Source of the DNA: an uncultured beta proteobacterium
GTDB taxonomy: Bacteria; Pseudomonadota; Gammaproteobacteria; Burkholderiales; Usitatibacteraceae
Assembly: GCA_963758215.1 (NCBI GenBank)
Contig: CAVWUN010000003.1
Span: forward strand, 923-64,922
Direction of reading: 5' to 3'
DNA length: 64,000 nucleotides
Shown here: positions 20,738 through 29,886 of the stretch, piece by piece
Position numbering within the stretch: the first letter of the stretch is position 1
Layout: each line of letters begins with the position of its first letter
Translations under genes and position numbers: made by a program
Notes under the pieces: generated by a model
Database searches by the model: none
Told to the model about the DNA's origin: nothing
What the model saw: only the letters and a program-made list of their open reading frames with translations

Positions 20738-21556
20738 ATGGAACCCCTACGCATCGGCGTTTCCGCGCGTCTGCTCTACCCGGATCCCTCGCGCATCTTC
20801 CTGCCCACCAAGTCGGTCCAGTACCTCGAGCAGTCGGTCGCCAGCTGGATCATGTCGGGAGAAGTGCTCGCCTTCATGATCCCGGCGATCAGCCTGGCCT
20901 CGCCGCATTTTCCGCGCGCGCTCAAGCTCAAGCACTATGTCGATGCTCTCGACGGGCTGCTGCTCCAGGGCGGCGCCGACATGGCGCCCAAGAGCTACGG
21001 CGAGACCCCGTTGAACCCGCAGTGGACGGGAGACGCGGTGCGTGATCACTACGAGATCGAGCTGTTCAACGAGTTCGTGGCGCAGGGCAAACCGGTGCTC
21101 GGCATCTGCCGCGGTAACCAGCTGATCAACGTGGCGCTCGGGGGCTCGCTCTACCAGGACATCGCGACCCAGTGCCCGGACAAGGTCTCCCACCGCGACG
21201 AGACCCGCTACGAGAACCACTTCCACGACATGCGCATCCTGCCCGACACCTGGCTCGCGAGCGTCTATCCCGGCGTCACCGTGAAGCGCATCAACACCAT
21301 CCACCACCAGGCCGTGAAGCAGCTGGGCAAGAACCTGGTGGTCGAGGCCGTGAGCGAGCCCGACGGCGTGATCGAGGCGATCCGCTGGACCGGCCACAGC
21401 TTCGTGGTAGGGGTCCAGTGGCACCCGGAGTTCATGAACCCCGACGATCCGGGACTGATCGACAGCAAGCCGCTGCTGCGCGCGTATCTCGCCGCGTGCG
21501 AGGCACGCAAGAAGACCGGCAAGGCGACGCCGTACACCGGCACCAAGGCGGCGTGA
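20738..21556 (+). CDS. Class I glutamine amidotransferase-like hydrolase (peptidase C26, PuuD-like)
   Basis: LLLQGGAD, GICRG, HHQAV, GVQWHPE. Confidence 0.88.
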   Translation: MEPLRIGVSARLLYPDPSRIFLPTKSVQYLEQSVASWIMSGEVLAFMIPAISLASPHFPRALKLKHYVDALDGLLLQGGADMAPKSYGETPLNPQWTGDAVRDHYEIELFNEFVAQGKPVLGICRGNQLINVALGGSLYQDIATQCPDKVSHRDETRYENHFHDMRILPDTWLASVYPGVTVKRINTIHHQAVKQLGKNLVVEAVSEPDGVIEAIRWTGHSFVVGVQWHPEFMNPDDPGLIDSKPLLRAYLAACEARKKTGKATPYTGTKAA

Positions 21557-21689
21557 AGCGGGCGGTGGCCAATCCGGCCACGGGCACCGGCCTCGCGCTC
21601 TCCACATGCGGCAGCGAGACTCCCACGCGCCCGGGGCGTGGCACCTTCGTCCAGGCTGAGGCGACGCGGGCGCGGCGGGGTCCCCGGCT

Positions 21690-22451
21690 TCAGGCCGGAG
21701 AGGCCGGGCGATCGATGCGCGCCAGCACCGCCGTCATGTGCTCGAAGTGGGTACCCTTCCAGTAGATGCGATCGCATCCCGGGCAGCGCTTGAAACGCTC
21801 GTAGAGACCGCGCACCTTCGCGGGCAGCCGGTCGGCGACCGACTCGCGCGGCACCTCCTCGAGCGGCGCGTTGCATTCCCGGCAGCGCGTGAAGGGCGCG
21901 AGCAGCCGCTCGAGCTGCAGCGCGGCCACCACTTCGGGAAGCTGTTCCTCGCTCGCCACCGAGCGTACGAAGTAGCCGCGCTCGACCTGGCTGCGGCGCA
22001 GCATCCCCTTGTCGCGGGTAAGGATCGTGCGCCGCTCGCGCGCCGCGGCCGCGACGATGCGATCGTCGTCCCAATCGTTGCCGTGGAGCGTGTCGAAGCC
22101 CGCCATGCGCAGGTGGCGCGCGAGCTTGCCTAGGTGCGTGTCGGCCACGAAGCGGGGCTCGCGCAGCGGCGCGGGGCGCAGCCGCAGCAAGGGCGCGATG
22201 TCGAGGGACTCGAACATCGGGTAGACCGCGACGCGCTCCCCGCCGCGCAGCACGTGCGCGAAATCCACGGAGACACCGTCGACGATCACCAGGTCCACCT
22301 CGGTGTGCGGCACTCCCGCCGACTCGATCGCATCCTTCACGGAGCGCGCCCGGTCCACCTCGACCGCGAACGCGACACGCCGCCGCCGCTCGGGCAGGAA
22401 GTCGTTCAGCTCCGCGTAGAAACGCAGCTCGACGCTGGGACGGACGGGCAT
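21690..22451 (-). CDS. Ubiquitin-like domain plus Mut7-C RNase (PIN-like) protein
   Basis: RFYAELNDFL, SVKDAIES.GVPHTEVD, FVADTHLGKLARHLR, LTRD, CRECN...CPGC..IYWKGTH. Confidence 0.87.
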   Translation of the reverse strand: MPVRPSVELRFYAELNDFLPERRRRVAFAVEVDRARSVKDAIESAGVPHTEVDLVIVDGVSVDFAHVLRGGERVAVYPMFESLDIAPLLRLRPAPLREPRFVADTHLGKLARHLRMAGFDTLHGNDWDDDRIVAAAARERRTILTRDKGMLRRSQVERGYFVRSVASEEQLPEVVAALQLERLLAPFTRCRECNAPLEEVPRESVADRLPAKVRGLYERFKRCPGCDRIYWKGTHFEHMTAVLARIDRPASPA

Positions 22452-22568
22452 GATCCGGTTAGTATGTCCCCGTCGGCCGCACCTTGACGGAGAGACCATG
22501 CAACAGCGCATCGAACCCATCGCGACGGACCGCGCGTCGCGGGCCCCGCCCGTCCGGGGACGCTGAGC

Positions 22569-23306
22569 ATGCTGGCCGGCAAGGTCGCCGTGGTGACGGG
22601 CGCAGCGGGCAATCTCGGGCTCGCCGCGGTGCGCGCGCTGCTCGAGGAGCGCGCGCAGGTCGCGCTGGTCGACATCGACGCGATGCGCCTGGACGGCCTC
22701 ATCCGCTTCCTGCGTGGAGTGACGATGGCCGTGCCCTGCGACGTGAGCGACCCGGCGGCCGTGCGCGACGCGCTGCAGAAGGTGGAAGCGTCGCTGGGAC
22801 CGGTCGACGTCCTGGTGAACAACGCGACCGTGGATTCGCTCGACCGGATCGAGGCCACGGCCGACTCCGAATGGCGCCGCGTGCTGGCGGTGAACCTCGA
22901 CGGGGCATTCCACTGGTCGCGCGCTGTGGTACCGGGGATGAAGCAGCGCGGGTGGGGGCGCATCGTGAACGTGACCTCGCTCGCCGCGCGGCTCGGCGGA
23001 TCCGGCGCGGGCACGGCCTACGCCACGTCGAAGGGGGCGCTCGCCGCGCTCACCGTCGCGCTGGCGCGCGAAGTGGCCGCCCATGGCGTCACGGTGAACG
23101 GCGTGGCTCCGGCCTGCGTGAAGACGCCGGCCGTCACCGAGGGACTCAACGAGGCGCAGCGCCGCCAGCTCCTGGCGCAGATCCCCGTGGGCCGCTTCTG
23201 CGAGCCGGAGGAGTTCGCCCATGCCGTGCGCTTCCTGGTCTCGCCGCTCGCGGGCTTCGTCACCGGCGAGATCCTCGACGTCGACGGCGGCCTGCACATG
23301 GATTGA
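22569..23306 (+). CDS. Short-chain dehydrogenase/reductase
   Basis: TGAAGNLG, VNNA, YATSK. Confidence 0.9.
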   Translation: MLAGKVAVVTGAAGNLGLAAVRALLEERAQVALVDIDAMRLDGLIRFLRGVTMAVPCDVSDPAAVRDALQKVEASLGPVDVLVNNATVDSLDRIEATADSEWRRVLAVNLDGAFHWSRAVVPGMKQRGWGRIVNVTSLAARLGGSGAGTAYATSKGALAALTVALAREVAAHGVTVNGVAPACVKTPAVTEGLNEAQRRQLLAQIPVGRFCEPEEFAHAVRFLVSPLAGFVTGEILDVDGGLHMD

Positions 23307-23331
23307 CGGCCGCGCGGGCGGCGCGCGGAGC

Positions 23332-25344
23332 TCAGCGTGCGGCGATCGCCTCCGGAATGCGCGCACCCGGCCGCGTGGTGCGCGCCTTCTCCTCGACGAG
23401 GAAGCGCAGCAGCTCGGTCTCCTCGAGGGGCGGGCGGCAGAAATATCCCTGGAACTCGTCGCAGCCTTCCTGGCGCAGCAGGTCGAACTGGTGCTGGTAT
23501 TCCACTCCTTCGGCCACCACGCTCATCTTCAGGCTGTGCGCCATCGCGATCACCGCGCGCGTGATCGCCACGTCGTCGCCGTTGTGGGGCAGGTCGCGCA
23601 CGAAGCTGCGATCTACCTTGAGCCGGTCGATCGGGAAACGCTTGAGGTAGCCGAGCGAGGAGTGCCCGGTGCCGAAGTCGTCGATCGAAAGACGCACGCC
23701 CATCGCCTTGAGCTGCTCCATCACCGCCACCGCGCGCTCCGGATCCCGCATCACCATGCTCTCGGTGATCTCCAGCTCGAGGACGTGGGCCGAAGCGCCG
23801 GTCGCCCGCAGGATGCCGGCGAGCTCCTTCACCAGCTCGGGCTGGTGGAACTGGCTCGCCGAAAGATTCACCGCGACGGTGAGCGCCATGCCCTGCTCGT
23901 TCCAGCGGCGCACCCGCTCGCATACGCGCCGCAGGGTCCAGTAGCCGATCGGCACGATGAGCCCGGTCTCCTCGGCGAGCGGCACGAAGCGGTCCGGCAG
24001 CAGCAGGCCCAGGCTCGGGTGGCGCCAGCGGATCAGCGCCTCGACCCCGCTCACGCGGCCGCTGTCGAACTCGATCTTGGGCTGGTAGTAGACCTCGATC
24101 TCGTCGCGCTCGAGCGCGTGGCGCAGCGCCGCTTCGAGCGACAGGCGCTCCTGGGAAAGCTGGTTCAGCCCCGCGGCATAGAAGCAATGGCGGTTGCGCC
24201 CCTGCTCCTTGGCGCGGTACATGGCGATGTCGGCGTTCGACAGCAGGCTCTGCGCATCGGCGCCGTCGGCCGGATAGGTGCAGATGCCGATGCTCGCCGA
24301 GAGCGCCAGCTCCTGGCCGTCGACGGTGAACGTGGGCCCGAAGCCGGCCAGCACCTTGGAGGCGATGTCCGCGAGGTCCGCGGCGTCGCGGAACTCCTCG
24401 ACCAGCAGCACGAATTCGTCGCCGCCCAGGCGCGCCACGAGATCGCTCGAGCGCACCGCGCTGGTGAGCCGCCGCGCGGCCTCCTGGAGCACGCGGTCGC
24501 CCACGCCGTGCCCGAGGGTGTCGTTGATGTTTTTGAAGCGGTCCATGTCGAGGAAGAAGAGCGCGAGCGAGCGCTGGTGCCGCCCGGCCTGCGCGATGGC
24601 GTGCACCAGCGTCTCGTTGAAGAGCGCGCGGTTGGGCAGCGACGTGAGCGTGTCGTGGGTCGCCATCTTCTGGATCGTGGCGAGCGCGCCCGAGAGCTCG
24701 TCGTTGATGCGGCGCAGGCCCTGGCGCAGCTCGCTGATGTGCCCGCCCACCATCGCGAAGCAGGGCAGCACGAAGGCGAGCGTGATCCACTGGAAAGCCT
24801 CGAGCGGCAGGTCGATCACCGCCGGCTTCATCCACATGAGCAGGTTGATCACCAGCGCGTAGCCGGCGAGCACCAGGCCCGCGGCGGTGAAGAACTCGCG
24901 GGTGCTGAAGCGGAACGCGCCGAACGCGAGCACCACCAGGCACATCATCAGCGCGAGGCCGCGCTCCTTGTCGAAATGGTAGACCGTGAACATCAGCACG
25001 CAGATGGCGAGCATGACCTGCAGCCAGGTAAGGCTCGGATCGCGGAATCGCTCGTTCAGCCCGCTGCGGAACACGAAGTAGATCGCGGCGTTCACGGCTA
25101 CCATGGACGCCGCGATCTTCACGGTAGAAGAAAGCGGCACCATGCCCAGCAGGTGCGCGATGCCCAGCAAGGGGACGCAGGCGCCGTAGGCCGCGGCGGC
25201 GAGCAGGAAGCGGCGAAACCGCACCGCCTGCTTGGTGTTTGCTCCCTTGGAGCGGGCGGCGATGATCAAATGTCCCTCGTCCAGGTCTTGTGGTTGCGCG
25301 GCATTATGTCGATTCGCCGCGCGCGAGGGCGTGAACTGCGTCAC
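23332..25344 (-). CDS. Membrane-bound GGDEF-EAL c-di-GMP enzyme
   Basis: About 6 N-terminal TM segments, RLGGDEF, VEALIRW, IDDFGTG; start uncertain. Confidence 0.9.
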   Translation of the reverse strand: MTQFTPSRAANRHNAAQPQDLDEGHLIIAARSKGANTKQAVRFRRFLLAAAAYGACVPLLGIAHLLGMVPLSSTVKIAASMVAVNAAIYFVFRSGLNERFRDPSLTWLQVMLAICVLMFTVYHFDKERGLALMMCLVVLAFGAFRFSTREFFTAAGLVLAGYALVINLLMWMKPAVIDLPLEAFQWITLAFVLPCFAMVGGHISELRQGLRRINDELSGALATIQKMATHDTLTSLPNRALFNETLVHAIAQAGRHQRSLALFFLDMDRFKNINDTLGHGVGDRVLQEAARRLTSAVRSSDLVARLGGDEFVLLVEEFRDAADLADIASKVLAGFGPTFTVDGQELALSASIGICTYPADGADAQSLLSNADIAMYRAKEQGRNRHCFYAAGLNQLSQERLSLEAALRHALERDEIEVYYQPKIEFDSGRVSGVEALIRWRHPSLGLLLPDRFVPLAEETGLIVPIGYWTLRRVCERVRRWNEQGMALTVAVNLSASQFHQPELVKELAGILRATGASAHVLELEITESMVMRDPERAVAVMEQLKAMGVRLSIDDFGTGHSSLGYLKRFPIDRLKVDRSFVRDLPHNGDDVAITRAVIAMAHSLKMSVVAEGVEYQHQFDLLRQEGCDEFQGYFCRPPLEETELLRFLVEEKARTTRPGARIPEAIAAR

Positions 25345-25360
25345 ATATTGGGCGCCCGCA

Positions 25361-26398
25361 TTACGGGTGTAACGGCCGCGCGGGCAGCAGCGCGCGCAGC
25401 ACGCCGAGCGCGCAGGTGAAGACCGCCACGGCGAGCGCCTGGTGCAGCGCGGCGAGAGGCAGCGGCACGCGCAGCAGCAGCGTGGAGATGCCGGCGCTAA
25501 GCTGCAGCACCACGGCAGCGGCGAGCGCGTTTCCCCAGGCCTTCGCGCCCGGGCCGGCCGCAGGATCGCGCCACACGCGCCACCACAGGGTGAACGCGAC
25601 CGCCGCGATGACCAGGGCGAGCGCGCGGTGGTCGAACTGCACCGTGGCCATGTTGTAGACGAAGTTCTTCCACCACGGATCGAGCTGCATGATCTCCGGG
25701 GGCATCCAATGGCCATCCATCAGTGGCCAGGTGTTGTAGGCGAGCCCGGCATGGATCCCGGCCACGAGCGCTCCGGTGAGCATCATGAGATACACCAGCG
25801 CGGCGAGCGTCGCGGCGTGCCGCTTCGGGCCGGGCGCGGCGCCGGCACGGACGCCCGACAGCAGGCCGAGGGCGAGCCACAGCATCGCCGCGTAGATCGC
25901 GAGCGCGAGCCCCAGGTGCATCGCGAGGCGCAACGAGCTCACGCGCGGGTCGTCCACGAGCCCGCTCTCCACCATGTACCAGCCCACCGCTCCCTGCAGC
26001 CCTCCCAGCGCGAAGACGCCGCCCAGCTTCCACGCGAGCTTCGCGGGGACCGCGCGCCGGGCCAGGAACCACGCGAACGGCACGAAGAACGCGACGCCGA
26101 CCAGCCGCCCGAGCAGGCGGTGGAAGTACTCCCACCAGAAGATGTGCTTGAAGCCCGCGAGCGTCATGTCGTGGTTGCGCAGGCGGAATTCGGGCGTAGC
26201 GCGATACCTCGCGAACGTCTCCTGCCACTGGGCGTCGTCGAGTGGCGGTACCGCTCCCACGAGCGGCTGCCACTCGACGATCGAAAGCCCCGAGTGCGTG
26301 AGGCGCGTGATGCCCCCGACCACCACCATCGCGTAGACGAGCGCGCAGCAGGCCAGCAGCCACGCCGCCATCGCGCGTCGGTGGTGCGGAGCGGTCAA
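25361..26398 (-). CDS. ctaA: Heme A synthase (COX15/CtaA)
   Basis: GGITRLTHSGLSIVEW, WWEYFHRL, QFDHR, ALHQ; TTG overlapping the sod stop chosen as start (alternative ATG 26371). Confidence 0.9.
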   Translation of the reverse strand: MTAPHHRRAMAAWLLACCALVYAMVVVGGITRLTHSGLSIVEWQPLVGAVPPLDDAQWQETFARYRATPEFRLRNHDMTLAGFKHIFWWEYFHRLLGRLVGVAFFVPFAWFLARRAVPAKLAWKLGGVFALGGLQGAVGWYMVESGLVDDPRVSSLRLAMHLGLALAIYAAMLWLALGLLSGVRAGAAPGPKRHAATLAALVYLMMLTGALVAGIHAGLAYNTWPLMDGHWMPPEIMQLDPWWKNFVYNMATVQFDHRALALVIAAVAFTLWWRVWRDPAAGPGAKAWGNALAAAVVLQLSAGISTLLLRVPLPLAALHQALAVAVFTCALGVLRALLPARPLHP

Positions 26399-27024
26399 GC
26401 GGCCTTGCGTTGCTGCGCGGCCTGCTCCATGCGCCGGGCGGCGCACTCCCAGTCGAGCAGCCGCTCGATCACCGCCTTTGCGAACTCGGCGCGGCGGTTC
26501 TCGTAGTCGAGGTAGTAAGCGTGCTCCCAAACGTCGAGCGCCAGCAGAGGCGTCGCCCCGGTCGTGAGCGGCGTGCCGGCGTTGGAGGTGGCGAGGATCT
26601 CGAGCCTGCCGCCGCGCTCGACGAGCCAGGCCCACCCGCTGCCGAAGCAGCTCACGGCGACATCGGCGAAGCGCTGCTTGAAGTTATCGAAACCGCCCAG
26701 CTCCGCATCGATGCGCGCGGCGAGCTTGCCCGTGGGCTTGCCCGCGCCCCTGGGCTGCAGGCTGCCCCAGAAGAACGCGTGGTTCCACGCCTGCGCGGCG
26801 TTGTTGAAGATGTTCTGCTCCCTGCCGACGGTCTGCGCGATGACCTGCTCGAGGGGCAGGTCCGCCAGCTGCGTCCCGGCCACAAGGTCGTTGAGCTTCT
26901 TCACGTAACCGGCATGGTGCTTGCCGTAGTGCAGTCGCATCGTACGCGCCGAGATGACGGGGTCGAGGGCGTCCTCCGCCCAGGGCAGCGGTGCCAACTT
27001 GAACGTTGCGGTTTCGATAGCCAT
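26395..27024 (-). CDS. sodB: Fe/Mn superoxide dismutase (Fe-type signature)
   Basis: HYGKHH, NNAAQAWNH, FGSGWAW, DVWEHAYY. Confidence 0.92.
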   Translation of the reverse strand: MAIETATFKLAPLPWAEDALDPVISARTMRLHYGKHHAGYVKKLNDLVAGTQLADLPLEQVIAQTVGREQNIFNNAAQAWNHAFFWGSLQPRGAGKPTGKLAARIDAELGGFDNFKQRFADVAVSCFGSGWAWLVERGGRLEILATSNAGTPLTTGATPLLALDVWEHAYYLDYENRRAEFAKAVIERLLDWECAARRMEQAAQQRKAA

Positions 27025-27179
27025 TGCGAATCTCCTGACGATTGCTCGTGATCATAGCGGTTGGGGAGACCGCGGCGCCAGCGGGCGGACCGCCGGCCGG
27101 CGTCGCAATCTCCTTACAAGGGACACGGGGCCGGGCCCGAGGGTTCCCGGCGAAATTCAGCCGGGCTGCCGGCGACGCG

Positions 27180-27545
27180 CTACCGGAAGGTGTAGCGCAG
27201 GACCAGGCGGTTGCGGTTCAACGACACGCTATCGGCCGTGAGGCCTTCCATCTTCGGCATGTACTGGCGTGCCGGACGAAACACCACGCGTCGCTCGGCG
27301 AGGTCGTAGCACAGCTCGCGCGCGGCGTTTTCGCAGGCACCGCGCGGGCCCTGGCTCGCCTGCTCGTCGCGCATCCTCATATCCGGGAACGAGTCGCGCG
27401 AGCTGGTGAACGGCGCCTGGATCATGTGGGAGGGGATGGTCGATGCAGCCGCCCTGGATTTCGCGGACAACTCCAGTCCGTCGCTCGCCTCGGCGGCGAG
27501 GCCGAAGCAGGCGAACATCAGGGCGATCCACCACGAGCGGCGCAT
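27180..27545 (-). CDS. Hypothetical secreted protein
   Basis: Signal peptide MRRSWWIALMFACFGLAAEA, Cys pair, C-terminal LVLRYTFR; SD-like GAGG upstream. Confidence 0.6.
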   Translation of the reverse strand: MRRSWWIALMFACFGLAAEASDGLELSAKSRAAASTIPSHMIQAPFTSSRDSFPDMRMRDEQASQGPRGACENAARELCYDLAERRVVFRPARQYMPKMEGLTADSVSLNRNRLVLRYTFR

Positions 27546-27697
27546 CTTGCCTCTCCAGTGCAGCCGGCGAATCCATTCGGCCGCATGGAAATGCTGCGCG
27601 AATTCGCCGGCTGCCGCCAATCGCGGCGACGACCGGGGCCGAACGGCAGACGATCGGTCGGCGTCGTCGATTCACGACATGCGCGATGTGAACTGCA

Positions 27698-28162
27698 TCA
27701 CATCCGCGCCGCGCGTCGACGCTTGAGGTACAGCGCATAGGCCATGACGGCGACCGCAGCCAGGTTCACCGCGAATGCGGCCGCGGGAAACCATCCGGGC
27801 TCGTGCCAGAACCTGCGCACCTCGAACGGCAGGTAGATCGCCCCGCTGCACGCCGCGAGCCATTCCGCCCAGCTGCGCTCGCGCCACAGGCCGTAGGCCT
27901 CGACGAAGCGCACGCATGCATATGCCGCGGCGCCCGCGACCAGGCTGTGGAGATTCGCGCCGCTCACGCGGCCCGCGGCATCGATGAAGATCCGTGGATA
28001 GTGCTTCGCGGGGTTGAGGTGCAGGTGGCGCACTACCTCCTCGGCGGCGTGCTGCACGTCCCGGTGGATGAGGGACAGCAGGCCGAATCCGGCGAGCAGC
28101 ACGAGCGCACCCTTGGCGCCCTCGAGCAGCGCGACCGCGCGAACGGTTTGCGACGTGTTCAT
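27698..28162 (-). CDS. DUF2127-like membrane protein
   Basis: VALLEGAKG, VEAYGLW, WAEW, IYLPFE. Confidence 0.8.
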   Translation of the reverse strand: MNTSQTVRAVALLEGAKGALVLLAGFGLLSLIHRDVQHAAEEVVRHLHLNPAKHYPRIFIDAAGRVSGANLHSLVAGAAAYACVRFVEAYGLWRERSWAEWLAACSGAIYLPFEVRRFWHEPGWFPAAAFAVNLAAVAVMAYALYLKRRRAARM

Positions 28163-28273
28163 GGCCCCGGCCCGGCGAACCTCGATGGGGCGCATTGGAC
28201 ACCAGCGCCGTGGCCGCGTCCATGCGGGCAGGCGCGAGCGGCCCCCGCTCGGGGGCCGTGGGCACGCGGCGGA

Positions 28274-28615
28274 TCACCCTTTGAGGCACGAGACCATGAA
28301 CGCGCGGCGCTCCTCGCCGTGCAGGTTGCGGTCGGCGGCAGCGGCCTTGCAATCGCGGATGCGGTCCTGCCCGCTGTCGTCGGTTGCGGTGTCGTTGCGC
28401 GCTTCGAGGGGCGCGGACGTCGCGCGGCCTTTCAGGCAGTCGCTCATGAACTGGCGGCGCTCCTCGCCCTTGAGTCCTTTCGTTTGGTGCGCGCACGCCG
28501 CGAATTTCTCCTGCTGAGTGGGTGTGCGCGCCTCGGCGTCGGCGGCACGCGCCGGCAACAGGGCCGCGGATGCCGCGATGGCCAATGCGCTGAGGCAAAG
28601 CAGTCGGGTCTTCAT
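28274..28615 (-). CDS. PsiF-repeat periplasmic protein
   Basis: Signal peptide, two repeats Q..(K/R)...C....L.GEERR.FM..CLKG. Confidence 0.85.
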   Translation of the reverse strand: MKTRLLCLSALAIAASAALLPARAADAEARTPTQQEKFAACAHQTKGLKGEERRQFMSDCLKGRATSAPLEARNDTATDDSGQDRIRDCKAAAADRNLHGEERRAFMVSCLKG

Positions 28616-28745
28616 CGTCTCCTCGTCGGTGGTGGTGGAAAACGCCGCCATCAGACCGCCGCGCGCGTGCGCACGCCAGCGAAAATCGCACGGCGGCTCG
28701 CCGGTATTTCCCTCGGACGATTCCTGCCGCGCCGAAGCCGCTGCG

Positions 28746-29886
28746 CTATTCGCTCGAAATGCCGGGCAGGGGCCGGCGCCGCTCGAGGTGGAAGCGCACC
28801 AGCGCCGCGAGCCGGTAGAGCGCGTGCACGAACTTGCCGTACGGCAGGGTGAGGAAGAGCGCGAGCACGAAGCCCAGGTGCACCAACAGCAGCAATCCCA
28901 TCGCGCGCGACTCGCGCAGCGCAAGCAGCAGCAGTCCCGTGAGGCTGGTCGCAAGGAGCAGCGCGATGAATCCCGTGTCCATGCCCGACTGGCTCGCGTC
29001 GGCGAGCTCCGGGTCGCGGCGCGCCTCGAGCCACAACAACCCGAGCGGGCCGGCGAGCAGCCCCAGTCCGCCGGCGGTGCCCAGCAGCACCGGGAGGCTC
29101 CAGAAGGGATACGGCGCCTTCCATCCGAACGCGTAGTGGTACACGGTCGCCAGGGACGTGGCCGCGAAGCACAGCGCGAACCCGTAGAACGTGAGGTGAT
29201 GGAAGCGCCGGCGCGCGAACGAGGGCCGGTCGTCCGGATAGGTGCAGCCGTCCCCTCCCCCATCCAGGTATTTCAGGCGCAGCGCGTCCCACGTCGCGTT
29301 GCCGAAGGGGCCGGCGCGGACGAATTCGCCCAGGCGCTCGCCCATGTCCGGCCAGAAGCGCGCGAAGCTCATCGCGCAGGAGAGCGCGACCAAGAGCGCG
29401 ACGGCGCCGAAGGCCCCCGCCATCACCCCGTGGGGAATCAACGCGTAGAAGGCACCCGCGCGGTCCGGGTGCGCCGCGAAGAGCGCCGCCGGATCCGCGA
29501 GCAGCGCCGCCAGCCCCAGCACGAGCGCGAGGCTCGCCGCCGCCGCGATGCCCACCACGAGGCCGTTGCGCTCGAACAGGCGGCCGAGGAATCCGGGCCA
29601 CGCGTAGCGCCGGTAGGTCTGCATGCGCGCCTGCGCCATCACGCGCGGGAAGTCGAGGGCGAACTCGTGCGGCGGGGCGTACTGGCACGCATACAGGCAC
29701 GCGCCGCAGTTGTGGCACAGGTTGGCGAGGTAGTCGATGTCGTGCACGGTGAATTCGAGCCGGCGCTCGAGCGCGGGGAAGACCGCGCAATAGCCTTCGC
29801 AGTACCGGCACGCGTTGCAGATCGCCAGCACGCGCTGCGCCTCGGCCGACCAGGGCCTCGAGCGTGGGCGCCTCAGCCGCGGACAA
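28746..29886 (-). CDS. tcuB: Tricarballylate utilization 4Fe-4S membrane protein TcuB (one frameshift near 29847)
   Basis: CNACRYCEGYC, LANLCHNCGACLYACQYAPPH, PYGKFVH; N-terminal LSAAEAPTLEALV lies in a different frame from AEAQRV. Confidence 0.88.

Noticed and set aside
17122-21045. 1307-aa ORF on + strand
   Set aside because: Antisense or off-frame to bamC, dapA, the methyltransferase and cytochrome c; Arg/Ala-rich shadow typical of high-GC DNA
29840-29886. Possible programmed frameshift at the start of tcuB
   Set aside because: No slippery sequence; a single extra base is better explained as sequencing error, given other indels in the window
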